From the NCBI GenBank assembly GCA_963755715.1, contig CAVWLW010000043.1:113604-177603 (forward strand): a DNA stretch of 64,000 bases, read 5' to 3'. Positions 21,456 through 30,719 of this stretch are shown one piece after another; the stretch's first letter is position 1, and each line of letters begins with the position of its first letter. This stretch comes from an uncultured delta proteobacterium (GTDB lineage: Bacteria; Desulfobacterota; Binatia; UBA9968). The translations under genes were made by a program, and so were the position numbers. The notes below the pieces were generated by a model that did not search any database, was not told where the DNA came from, and saw only the letters and a list, made by a program, of their open reading frames with translations.

Positions 21456-21481
21456 AAACCCCGCAGATGGGCAAATGTGAA
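21456..21481 (-). promoter_or_regulatory. Putative ECF-type autoregulatory promoter giving a near-leaderless mRNA
   Basis: Minus strand TCACA-N16-GTTT-N8-ATG; no Shine-Dalgarno sequence. Confidence 0.45.
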
Positions 21482-21571
21482 AAGGTCGTATTCTTTTGAA
21501 GACCGGCCGATTCGCCGCGGCCTCTGAATTCTTGCGGCGCTGGTTTCTAACTCAAAGGCGCGCGGCAATAG

Positions 21572-22393
21572 TCAGGGAAGCTTCGCGTTCGGGCTTCGGG
21601 CATAAACGTCTGCGCGGCGGTTTTGGAGGAGCGGTAATTTTTCACGCGTTTCGCGCACTAAATCTAAATCAAGCTCAACGACTTCCAGCCCTTCATTCGT
21701 GCCGAGATCGACAACCGTTCGACCGAGCGGATCGACGATCATGCTGTGGCCGATATAAATGTTGCCGGTTTGATCCGGCGCGACGACGTAACAGCCGTTT
21801 TCCAAGGCGCGCGCTTTGATCATCGTTTGCCAATGTTCCACTTTCAGATCGCCTTGAACCCAGCCCGACGGCGCGGCTAACACATTCGCGCCCTCGAGCG
21901 CGAGCATACGCGCCATCTCTGGAAAGCGCAGATCGTAGCAGATCATCACGCCGAATTGGCATTGTCCCAATGGCACCGGTGGGGCGACGACCGTGCCGGG
22001 ATAAAATTTGTCCGACTCTTTGAAACCGAAGGCGTCGTAGAGGTGGAGTTTACGGTAGACCGACGCGATGTTTCCCAGCGCATCGATCCACACGGCGCTG
22101 TCGTATACCCGATTTGCCACCGGAGCTGGTTCGTAGATAGTCGCCAGGACGGCGATGCCGATGGCTTTGGCTGCATCGCGTAGCGCTGAAACGAATTCAC
22201 CCTCGGTCGTCTCGGCGATTTGCGACAGTTCCTCGGCGCTCTGGCTAGCAGGGGAGAAAGCCATTAAGAATTCCGGGAACGCGATCAGCTCGGCGCCCCG
22301 GCTGCGCGCTTCTTTTATCAAGTCGAGAGCGGCGCGGAGATTTTCTGTTTTTTCCGTTGAGGATTGGATCTGGACGACGGCGGCTTTGCTCAT
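21572..22393 (-). CDS. Carbon-nitrogen hydrolase (Nit family)
   Basis: FPE, YRKLHLYD, ICYDLRFPE and ARALENG motifs (Glu-Lys-Cys triad). Confidence 0.92.
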   Translation of the reverse strand: MSKAAVVQIQSSTEKTENLRAALDLIKEARSRGAELIAFPEFLMAFSPASQSAEELSQIAETTEGEFVSALRDAAKAIGIAVLATIYEPAPVANRVYDSAVWIDALGNIASVYRKLHLYDAFGFKESDKFYPGTVVAPPVPLGQCQFGVMICYDLRFPEMARMLALEGANVLAAPSGWVQGDLKVEHWQTMIKARALENGCYVVAPDQTGNIYIGHSMIVDPLGRTVVDLGTNEGLEVVELDLDLVRETREKLPLLQNRRADVYARSPNAKLP

Positions 22394-22479
22394 GTTTCGG
22401 TTGAGTGTGGATTAATATCTTCGTTCACGCTATCCAAGGATGCAGGGATCGTCAAGCAGAAGGAGAAAGATCTCTCACG

Positions 22480-23250
22480 CAGTTTACCCTCTTCGGCCTG
22501 TTTTCAGCCGGCGCCTTCGCCGCTTCCGGCATATTTTTTATTTTACTGATGTACTTCGAGCGCAAAGATCCGGCGCCGTTGCTCGATTTGTCGCTCTTTA
22601 AGGTGCGCCTTCTCACGGCCGCTGTTCTGAGTCATTTCTTCGTGTCGCTTTCGCATACTTCGACGTTCTTTCTCCTGCCGTTTTACTTGCAAGGTATTTT
22701 GCGATTCACGCCGACCCAGGTTGGATTGACGATCATCTTTTTCTCGCTGGTGATCGTGTTTCTCGCGCCGGTCGGCGGCTGGCTCGCCGACCGGCTGGGG
22801 TCGCGCATGCTTTGCACCGTGGGGTCGGTCCTGACGACCTCGAGCATGTTTGGATTTTCCCGATTGGGCGCGGAAAGCGGTCAAGTCGCCGTGATGGTTC
22901 CGTTGATGCTTTTGGGGCTGGGCTGGTCGCTTTTCCAATCACCTAATTTAAGCGGCATGTTCAACGCCGTGGAGCCGCGCTACGTCGGCGCGGTCAGCGG
23001 TCTCTCGCTTACTTCGGCGAACATCGCCAACGCGATGGGCGTCGCCGTCGGCAGCGTGCTGTTTTTGCGCTGGCTCAATTATCATGGCTTGACCGGCGCG
23101 GCGGTGCCGCCATATACAGAATGGGCTCAAGCGCCGGAAATTTTCATTAGATCTTTTCAGAGCTCATGGCTGGTGGTGGCCGGCTTGTCGTCGGTCGCGA
23201 TCCTAACTTCGGCGATGCGTGGCGCGGACGCGAGGAAAAAAATTGAGTGA
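22480..23250 (+). pseudogene. MFS (DHA2/EmrB-like) transporter, C-terminal half only
   Basis: PLLDLSLFK, FLLPFYLQ, GGWLADRLGSR and FQSPN motifs; the N-terminal TM bundle and a credible start are missing. Confidence 0.7.
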
Positions 23251-23325
23251 TGGTGTGTTGGAGTAATAAAGTATTCGGCGGGGGGAGTATCATTACTCCA
23301 ACATTCCATTACTCCATCACTCCAA
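23244..23325. repeat. Inverted array of approximately 8-mer repeats (TGGAGTRA / YTACTCCA)
   Basis: gagtgatggtgtgttggagtaat followed by cattactccaacattccattactccatcactcca, between convergent genes. Confidence 0.7.
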
Positions 23326-24376
23326 CTGGAGTTTTTGCCCCGTGTTCTTTGCTTTGATTTTTTCCAGCACGGCCGCGCCGAGAGCAACGTCGGCGACGCC
23401 TTGGCCGGCGTTGTTTTTGTAGAAAGTGATTTGCTCCGGTTTGGTTCGGCCTTCTTTGTTGCCAGCGAGGATCTCGCCGATCTCGATCAACTGCTCCCAG
23501 CGGATCACGCCGCGCTCGACCGGATCGTAAATGTCCGCTTGTTCGTCCTGGATCGCTTGTTGAATCGACACGATGCCGTGCACGTGGCTTCGCGCCAATG
23601 TCGCGTCGTCGATCTCGCGCCGTTTGGCGGCGGTGAAACCGCCTTTGACCAGGCCGACGTTGCTGCCGACGATCGTCGTCACGTGCTGGCCGGGCTCGAG
23701 CCAATTGCCGTCGAACACCGGCACGCTCGAATTGGTCGCGGTTAAAATAATATCGACGCCGCGCACCGCTTCTTCGGGGGAAGCAACTGGCGTGATATTG
23801 AGATTCGTCACGGGTCCCATTTCTTCGGCGAATTTTTTCCGGTTCGCCGGCGCTCCGGCTGTAGACCTTCACTTCTTTCAGCTTGCGCACCTGCATGAGC
23901 GCGAGCAAATGATTCTTCGCTTGGCCGGCGGCGCCGAAAAGGCCGAGACTCGTGGCGTCGGGACGGGCGAGCAGGTCGGTGCCGACTGCGCTGGTGGCGG
24001 CCGTGCGAAGACCGGTGACGGCGATATTATTCGGTAACTCGGCGCAGGTGATCTCGCCGACGATGATGCCCTTGAGCTCGCCTTCCGCCGAATCATACAG
24101 CACGATCACCGGATGATTGAGCCGGGGATAAACTTGCTCGTCGGCCATCGGCTTGACCCATTCACAGTGGGTCATCAGGCCCGTGGCTTTGGCCGCGGGT
24201 ACGCCGCCTTGATGGACGCTCACGCGCACTCCGGTTGGAATATGAATTCGTCGGCGCGGCGCATTCAATTGCGGATTCTCACCCCATTCGCGAAAGCCCA
24301 GACGCACAGCCTCCACGGCTTCCGCCATGGAGACGATGCCGCGAATTTCTTGTGGGCTCACCAGAAGCGGTTGCAA
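23317..24376 (-). CDS. Ornithine cyclodeaminase/mu-crystallin family protein (frameshift near 23850)
   Basis: TGLRTAATSA, GAAGQA, ILTATNS, EQITFYKN and GVADVA motifs. Confidence 0.88.
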
Positions 24377-24392
24377 CTTTAGCCTCCTCGAT

Positions 24393-24466
24393 GATTAAAG
24401 GATAAGGGATAAAGGATGAAGGATAACAGTACTAATTCGAAGTTTTGCCCTTTGCCTTTATCCTTT
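24393..24466. repeat. Inverted array of 7-mer repeats (GGATAAA/GGATGAA)
   Basis: aaaggataagggataaaggatgaaggataa followed by ttttgccctttgcctttatccttt. Confidence 0.7.
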
Positions 24467-25030
24467 CAGAGTCGTCGGTGCCACCTGCGGGCGGGCGATC
24501 AGCTCTTCGCCCCAGCGTTTCAGATTCGGATACGTGCCGTCGATAACGACACCATAGCGCTCCCGGCGCGTATAGAACGGAATGAACGATAGGTCCGCCA
24601 GCGTGTAGACGTCGCCGACGAGATATTTTTTGCCTGCCATTTCCTTGTCGAGAGTCGTTAGATGCTGCTTCATTCGTTGTTGAGCTTTCTCGGGCTCTCG
24701 GTTGTGCGTGATGTCGGAAGCTGCGGCGTGGAGTCGAGTGCTGAAGTAATCGACCCAGATGCGCGCCTTGGAGCGCAACAGGAGGTCGGCCGGCATGAGC
24801 CGAACTTCGGGAAATTTTTCTTCGAGATATTCGTCGATGATCGCCGACTCGTAAATAACCCCCTCGCCGTCGACTAAGACCGGCACTTTGCCGTAGGGGT
24901 TTTGGCGAGTCAGATCTTCAGGCTTGTTCTTGAGATCCACTTCGATGAGCTCATAAGGCAGCTTCTTTTCGGCGAGGACAATCCTTGTCCTGTGAGCATA
25001 GGGTCAAGTGTGGCTGGAATAGAGTTTCAT
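24458..25030 (-). CDS. Selenocysteine-containing glutathione S-transferase (UGA at 25004-25006)
   Basis: RBS AAGGAGG, then ATG 25030 reading MKLYSSHT-TGA-PYAHRTRIVLAEKKLPYE, in frame with NPYGKVPVL...YESAII. The TGA sits at the C of the CPY/CPF motif. Confidence 0.88.
24975..24991 (-). promoter_or_regulatory. Bacterial SECIS-like hairpin
   Basis: mRNA AGGACAA-GGA-UUGUCCU: a perfect 7-bp stem starting 12 nt after the UGA, with a G-containing apical loop. Confidence 0.75.
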
Positions 25031-25065
25031 GTCGTCCCCTCCTTGTAGTGGTCAATATCAACTGG

Positions 25066-25168
25066 ATTCAAATCGTTCAAGTCGTTCGAAATAGTTCAAA
25101 TCGCCGGTTCGGAGAGGATACACGTGCATGGTTCCTAGACGACTTGAACGGCTTGAACTATTTGAACG
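25066..25168. repeat. Inverted array of 9-mer repeats (GTTCAARTC / GAYTTGAAC)
   Basis: attcaaatc gttcaagtc gttcgaaata gttcaaatc followed by gacttgaac ggcttgaac tatttgaac. Confidence 0.75.
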
Positions 25169-25171
25169 GGT

Positions 25172-26011
25172 CTAGCGCGTGCGCGTTTGTAACCGTTCCT
25201 GCAGCGCGTCGCCGACCAGATTGAGCGCGAGCACGGTGATCATGAGCGCGAGCCCGGGGTACGTGGTGAGATGAGGTGCGACCAGCAAGAATTGCCGGCC
25301 ATCGTTCAGCATCGCGCCCCAAGACGGCGTCGGTGGTTCGACGCCGAGTCCGAGAAAGCTCAAGCTCCCTTCGGCCACAATCGCAGCGGCTAAACCAAAA
25401 GTGCTTTGAATCAAAAGCGGCGGCAGCAGATTCGGCAGCAAATGGCGCAAAATAATGCGCTTCGGACGGCAGCCGAGAGAGCGCGCCGCCTGAATGAAAT
25501 CTCGTTCGCGCAGAGAAAGAATCTCGCCGCGCACGAGCCGGGCGTAGCCGGTCCAACCGATCAAACAAAGGGCGAGAATGACGTGATCGAGACCAGGACC
25601 CAGGACGGCGGTAAACGCGATGGCGAGCAAGATGCCCGGAAACGCCATCAAAATATCGACCAGGCGCATGAGCATTTGATCGATCCAGCCGCCGAAGTAA
25701 CCGGAAAGGGAGCCGATCACGACGCCGATGGCGAGCGAAAGGGCGACGGTCGTGATCCCGACCAGAAGTGAAATGCGTCCGCCATAGATTATTCGGCTCA
25801 ATATATCGCGTCCCAGCTTGTCCGTGCCGAGCCAATGCTCGCGTGAACGTGCGATTAGATCCTGATCGAGGTTTTGGCCGAACGGATTATAGGGCGCGAG
25901 CGCGGGCGCGAAAAGTGCCGCGGCGGCAAGCAACAGGAGAATCGCCGCGCCGGCATAAAACCAACCTTTACTCGCCATAGGTGACTCGTGGATCGACGAG
26001 TTTGTAAACAA
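25172..26011 (-). CDS. dppC: Peptide/nickel ABC transporter permease (DppC-like)
   Basis: HWLGTDKLGRDILSR, EAA-like FIQAARSLG and PSWGAML motifs. Confidence 0.9.
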   Translation of the reverse strand: MFTNSSIHESPMASKGWFYAGAAILLLLAAAALFAPALAPYNPFGQNLDQDLIARSREHWLGTDKLGRDILSRIIYGGRISLLVGITTVALSLAIGVVIGSLSGYFGGWIDQMLMRLVDILMAFPGILLAIAFTAVLGPGLDHVILALCLIGWTGYARLVRGEILSLRERDFIQAARSLGCRPKRIILRHLLPNLLPPLLIQSTFGLAAAIVAEGSLSFLGLGVEPPTPSWGAMLNDGRQFLLVAPHLTTYPGLALMITVLALNLVGDALQERLQTRTR

Positions 26012-26891
26012 GGTCGGTGATGAAATTCACCAGAATATACGACACCGCGATCACCAGCACGCAGCCTTGCACGAGCGGATAGTCGCGGGTCTGGATCGCC
26101 TGTACGGTCAAGCGGCCGAGGCCGGGCCAGCTAAAAATGGTTTCGGTGATCAACGAGCCGGCGAGCACGCTGCCAAACTGCAGGCTCATGATCGTGACGA
26201 CGGAAGTGAGCGCGTTGCGCAGCGTGTGTTTTAACCAGACGCGCCGCTCGGGCAAACCTTTGGCGCGAGCGGTTTGAACGTAGTCCTCGGTCATCGCGCG
26301 CAGCAGGCTCGCGCGCAGGATGCGGATCAGGATCGCTGCCATGCCTAAGCCGAGCGTGAGCGCCGGCAAGAACAAATGGCTCAGACCGCCGCGGCCGGAA
26401 ACCGGCGCCCAACCGAGCTGAATGGAAAAAATAATCATCAGCAACGGACCCAGCCAAAAATTCGGCAGCGACAAACCGAGCAGTGAAAACAGCAACGCCA
26501 GCCGATCGATCCAGCCGCCGCGCCGCACGGCCGCTAGGATGGCGAGGGGAAACGAAATCAAGACCGCGGCGATCATGGCGCACAAGGCAAGCTCCAAGGT
26601 CGCCGGCAAACGCGCGCCGATGATCGTGCCGACGCTCGTTCGTTCATAAAGCGAACGACCGAGATCGCCCGCGGCGAAATCGAGTAGAAAGGTCCGATAT
26701 TGCGTCAAGAGCGGCCGGTTGAGGCCCAAGCTTTCGCGCAGCTCTGCCTTATCCGCGGCGTTGGCGGTCTCGCCGAGCATGACCTCTACGGGATCGCCGG
26801 GAATCACATGAATCAGGAAAAATACCAGCGTGAGCACGCCGAAGAGCGTGGGCAGCAAAAGCATGAGGCGAGCGAGAATGTAACGCTTCAC
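25968..26891 (-). CDS. dppB: Peptide/nickel ABC transporter permease (DppB-like)
   Basis: IPGDP, TARAKGL, TETIFSWPGLG and RDYPLVQG motifs. Confidence 0.92.
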   Translation of the reverse strand: MKRYILARLMLLLPTLFGVLTLVFFLIHVIPGDPVEVMLGETANAADKAELRESLGLNRPLLTQYRTFLLDFAAGDLGRSLYERTSVGTIIGARLPATLELALCAMIAAVLISFPLAILAAVRRGGWIDRLALLFSLLGLSLPNFWLGPLLMIIFSIQLGWAPVSGRGGLSHLFLPALTLGLGMAAILIRILRASLLRAMTEDYVQTARAKGLPERRVWLKHTLRNALTSVVTIMSLQFGSVLAGSLITETIFSWPGLGRLTVQAIQTRDYPLVQGCVLVIAVSYILVNFITDLVYKLVDPRVTYGE

Positions 26892-26900
26892 GGTGTGGTG

Positions 26901-28472
26901 TCACTGCACGGCGATATGTTTGAGCGAGATCAAATCACCGTCGGGATAGGGCGTGAAATTTTTGATCGACGGTTTCTTCACGATCACGTTCTTCCACCAC
27001 CAGAGCGGCACATAAGGTAAATCGTCGGCGAGCAGACGCTGGATTTCGCCATAAATACGCTTTCGCTCGGCCGGCTCGATCGTCGCTCGACCGCGCTCGA
27101 GCAGGCGGTCGACCTCGGCATTGACATAGCGACCGCGATTGTCGCCGTTGGGCGGCACGCTCGAGCTGTGAAAAATCTGAAACAAGATATCCGGGTCCAT
27201 CACGCCGACCCAAGCGAGCGAGTAAAGATGAAAGTTGCCTTTTTTTATGTCGCTGTAAAAAGTGCCCCATTCATAGCTACGGATTTCCAGTTCGATGCCC
27301 ACCTGTTGCAACTGTTCCTTGATCGCCTCGGCGATGCGCCGGCGTAAATCGATGTTGGTGGTTTTGAACGAAAGACGAAAACGTGGCAGAGGGCCGGCGC
27401 CGTCGGGATCAGGAAAGCCGGCTTCATCGAGCAGTTGCTTGGCTCGGTTTGGGTCGTAGGGCCAGCGCGGAGCGTGGTCGTCGTAAGCCCAATTGAGCGG
27501 CGAGAGAACGCCGCTGGCAACGGTTCCCGTGTCTTTCAGCAGATGTCGAACCAGACTCTCTCGATCGATGGCATAGGCAAGCGCGCGCCGGACTTTGACG
27601 TTTTTTAGGATCGGATGGGTGAGATTGATGCCGATGTACTGAAAGGTCGTGCCGGCGTAAGCGGCGACGTCTGCGGCACTATTATTTTTAAGCCAGGGAA
27701 GCATGTCGGGCTCGAGATCGTTCTGCATGAAGTCGATGTTGCCTTTTTCAAATTCGAGCACGCGCACCAAGGCGTCGGGCACGATTTTGAAAACCACGCC
27801 GGGCAAAGGCGGCCTTTCGTCCCAATAATACGGATTGCGTTGGAGCGTGACCTTTTCGCCCGGCTCCACTGCCTGCAATCGGAACGGTCCGGAACCGGCG
27901 GGCGATTGATAATTGGTGGCACCTTCGGCGACCGAGTCCGCCGGTACGATTCCCTGCGTGAACTGCTCCACGAACGGCGCATGCGGCGCAGCAAGGTGAA
28001 ATCGCAACTGATAAGCGCCGCTCTGTTCGATTGCCCGCAACGGTTTTAGCAGACCGCGTTTGGGCGAGCGATTCTTCAGATCGAGCATGGACTCGTAGGT
28101 GAATTTCACGTCGGCGGCGGTGAGCGGCCGTCCGTCGGAAAACTTTACGTCATGGCGCAAGTCGAAAACATAAGTGGTGGCGTCGATCATGCGCCAGCCC
28201 GCGGCGAGCTCGGGTTGTAAGCGCGTGTGTTGATCGGCGCGCAAGAGCGAATTGTAAATTAAGTTGCCGATGCGCACGGCGTTGGCGTCGGTGGCGTAGC
28301 GGGGATCGAGCTGAAGAGGATAACTTTCGATGCCGACGACTAAATAATCCGGCGGGCGAGCGCTCGAAGGCGACCGGCACGCGGCAAAAATCAGCACAAG
28401 CAGAGCGGGGAAAAAATAAACAAGACGGCGGCAGGGCAAGCAAATTCTCGCCAAACAATTTTGACTGACCAT
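26901..28472 (-). CDS. Peptide ABC transporter substrate-binding lipoprotein (SBP family 5)
   Basis: Lipobox IFAAC, LDP, FSDGRPLTAADVKFT and GSGPF motifs; the start is estimated. Confidence 0.9.
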   Translation of the reverse strand: MVSQNCLARICLPCRRLVYFFPALLVLIFAACRSPSSARPPDYLVVGIESYPLQLDPRYATDANAVRIGNLIYNSLLRADQHTRLQPELAAGWRMIDATTYVFDLRHDVKFSDGRPLTAADVKFTYESMLDLKNRSPKRGLLKPLRAIEQSGAYQLRFHLAAPHAPFVEQFTQGIVPADSVAEGATNYQSPAGSGPFRLQAVEPGEKVTLQRNPYYWDERPPLPGVVFKIVPDALVRVLEFEKGNIDFMQNDLEPDMLPWLKNNSAADVAAYAGTTFQYIGINLTHPILKNVKVRRALAYAIDRESLVRHLLKDTGTVASGVLSPLNWAYDDHAPRWPYDPNRAKQLLDEAGFPDPDGAGPLPRFRLSFKTTNIDLRRRIAEAIKEQLQQVGIELEIRSYEWGTFYSDIKKGNFHLYSLAWVGVMDPDILFQIFHSSSVPPNGDNRGRYVNAEVDRLLERGRATIEPAERKRIYGEIQRLLADDLPYVPLWWWKNVIVKKPSIKNFTPYPDGDLISLKHIAVQ

Positions 28473-28514
28473 AACCTGTTTGGTAGTATCGGTCAATTTC
28501 CTGTTATCGAGGCT

Positions 28515-29759
28515 ATGTTGAAATATTTTATTCGCAGATGTTTGCCGTTGCTTGCAGTGCTGGCGCTGATTTTGGCTCGACCGGTGCGAGTCGTCGCTCA
28601 AGATATACCCTTCCCCGTGCTTGCCGGTCTCGAGGGCGCCGTCGAATTTTGGAAGCAAATTTTTAGCCGTTATAGCTTCGCCGAAGTGGTCTTTTTCGAC
28701 CCTATGGATCCGGCGACGATTTACAGCACGTTGCGCGTGCCCGACAATGAGCTCGGCCGCGCATTGGTCGAGAAGGAGCGAGCGCGAATCGTCGCCGACT
28801 ACGACCTGATCGACGACGAAACGCGCATCCGAACGCAGCGCGGCGCCAAGGAGCATTTCGCCGAAGGTCTCAAGGTCGCCGGGCGTTATATGCAGCAAAT
28901 GCAAAAAATATTTCGCGCCGAGGGACTGCCAGTGAACCTGGCCTATCTGCCTTTGGTCGAATCGTCTTTCAACGTCCGGGCGCGCTCGATTGTGGGTGCC
29001 GTCGGCATGTGGCAGTTCATGCCGGAAACCGGCAAGAAATTCATGCGCATCGATGAGAAGGTAGACGAGCGGCGTGATCCGTTCGCCTCGACGCGGGCGG
29101 CGGCGCGCCTCTTGAAAGAAAACTATCGCCTGCTCAGCAATTGGCCGCTGGCCATTACCGCCTACAATCATGGCACCGACGGGATTTTTCGCGCCATCAA
29201 AACCGTTGAATCTGACAATCTCGTGGACTTGATTCGGAGCTATCAATCGCCGACTTTTGGTTTTGCGTCAAAGAATTTCTACGCGGAATTTCTCGCCGTG
29301 GTCGAGATCGCAACCAACAGCGATGTGTATTTTCCGTTTCTGCGCGCGCACCGCCCGGTCACGCTGCGCGAAGTGGCCTTGAGGCGCCAAGCGCCGCTCC
29401 AGGCCACGCTGAAACCGGCGGCCATCTCACAGAGTGATTTTTTTGAATGGAATCCGGCCCTCGATCCCAACGCCAAATTCATTCCCGTCGGTTACCAGAT
29501 CAAACTGCCGCCGGATAAAGTCGATGACTTTCTCGCCGCAGAACGGCGGGTCGCGATGGCGGCGAGCAAAAAAGCGCCGACGACCGCGCGGTCGAACAAG
29601 GGGAACGTAAAAAGCGTCGCTCGTCCGGCGCCGCAACCGTCCGCGCGCAAAGTCGCCGTGCCGGCAGCCCGCGCTCCGGCTGAACCGCGCAGAACGAGCG
29701 GCTCGATCAAGAGAGCCGACGTCAAAACCGCGGCTTCGCTCAAAATGGCCGCTCAATGA
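28515..29759 (+). CDS. Lytic transglycosylase (SLT/MltD-like) with basic low-complexity tail
   Basis: LPLVESSF, AVGMWQFM, DERRDP and LAITAYNHG motifs. Confidence 0.9.
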   Translation: MLKYFIRRCLPLLAVLALILARPVRVVAQDIPFPVLAGLEGAVEFWKQIFSRYSFAEVVFFDPMDPATIYSTLRVPDNELGRALVEKERARIVADYDLIDDETRIRTQRGAKEHFAEGLKVAGRYMQQMQKIFRAEGLPVNLAYLPLVESSFNVRARSIVGAVGMWQFMPETGKKFMRIDEKVDERRDPFASTRAAARLLKENYRLLSNWPLAITAYNHGTDGIFRAIKTVESDNLVDLIRSYQSPTFGFASKNFYAEFLAVVEIATNSDVYFPFLRAHRPVTLREVALRRQAPLQATLKPAAISQSDFFEWNPALDPNAKFIPVGYQIKLPPDKVDDFLAAERRVAMAASKKAPTTARSNKGNVKSVARPAPQPSARKVAVPAARAPAEPRRTSGSIKRADVKTAASLKMAAQ

Positions 29760-29857
29760 GCGTGGCCCCCGCGACGATGCTTTAGCTTGAAGCTCAACAT
29801 TAGTTTTCATCGATCAAATCATCTTATTCCCGCGCGCTTGCACCGATCTTGCCAACC

Positions 29858-29885
29858 TTGAAGGCGGCTCCGCTTAGCATATAAT
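29858..29885 (+). promoter_or_regulatory. Putative sigma70 promoter of the ccsA-hem operon
   Basis: TTGAAG-N16-TATAAT, 12 nt before the ATG. Confidence 0.5.
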
Positions 29886-29897
29886 GATCGGTACCGT

Positions 29898-30716
29898 ATG
29901 GATGCGTTGCTGATTAAGCTGACCGCCCTCGTTTATCTGATCGTGACGGTGAGTTACTTTTTCCATTTATTTCGCGGCGCGAGCGCTACCCGGTCGCCAA
30001 CAGTCCTGCTGCTCGGCGGCTTCGTCATCCATTCCATCGCCCTCACGAGTTTATTTTTTCGCGAAGGCTTTGCCACCGTCGCTGTCATGGGCGACGCCTT
30101 GCTGTTCAATAGCTGGCTGTTGGTGGGCATTTATTTGCTGATCCAGCTCAAGTATCCGCTCGCGGTGCTGGGCGGCATCGTCGCGCCGCTGGCGTTTTTG
30201 ATGACGTTCGCCGCCTTCGCGGTAGGCGGGGGCGCCGGCGAGATTCCGCCGGGTTTGCAAACTTTTTGGCTGCCGCTGCACGTGACCCTGGCCTTTCTCG
30301 GCAACGCCATATTTGCTCTGGCGTTTGGCGTGAGCGTTATCTATCTCCTTCAAGAACGTCACCTTAAGCATAAAAAGCTAACTATTCTGATGAAGCGCTT
30401 TCCATCCTTGGAATCGTTGGATGGGCTCAACTACCGGCTGTTGATGTGGGGCTTCCCGTTGATGACTCTCGGCATCCTCACCGGCAGTTTGTGGGCAGGC
30501 ATTCATTGGGGCGACTATTGGTCGTGGGATCCGCGGCAAATTTCTTCCGGACTTGCCTGGTTATTATATGGAGCGCTGCTGCACGGGCGCATCACCGCGG
30601 GTTTAAGAGGCAAGAAGGCCGCACTGCTGACGATGGTCGGCTTCTGTGTGGTTCTCGGCTACTTTCTCTGGGGCGACTCGATTTTTCCCAGCCGGCACGG
30701 GGGGCGGTTCGAATAG
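29898..30716 (+). CDS. ccsA: Cytochrome c assembly protein (CcsA family)
   Basis: WLPLHV and WGDYWSWDPRQ (WWD domain); lies upstream of hemA. Confidence 0.88.
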   Translation: MDALLIKLTALVYLIVTVSYFFHLFRGASATRSPTVLLLGGFVIHSIALTSLFFREGFATVAVMGDALLFNSWLLVGIYLLIQLKYPLAVLGGIVAPLAFLMTFAAFAVGGGAGEIPPGLQTFWLPLHVTLAFLGNAIFALAFGVSVIYLLQERHLKHKKLTILMKRFPSLESLDGLNYRLLMWGFPLMTLGILTGSLWAGIHWGDYWSWDPRQISSGLAWLLYGALLHGRITAGLRGKKAALLTMVGFCVVLGYFLWGDSIFPSRHGGRFE

Positions 30717-30719
30717 ATC

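Noticed and set aside
23244-25168. Repeat arrays as CRISPR
   Set aside because: Units are 7-9 bp with no unique spacers, and no cas genes are present.
28473-29246. N-terminal 257 aa of the 781-aa ORF 26901..29246
   Set aside because: Antisense shadow of the lytic transglycosylase; the real lipoprotein starts near 28472.
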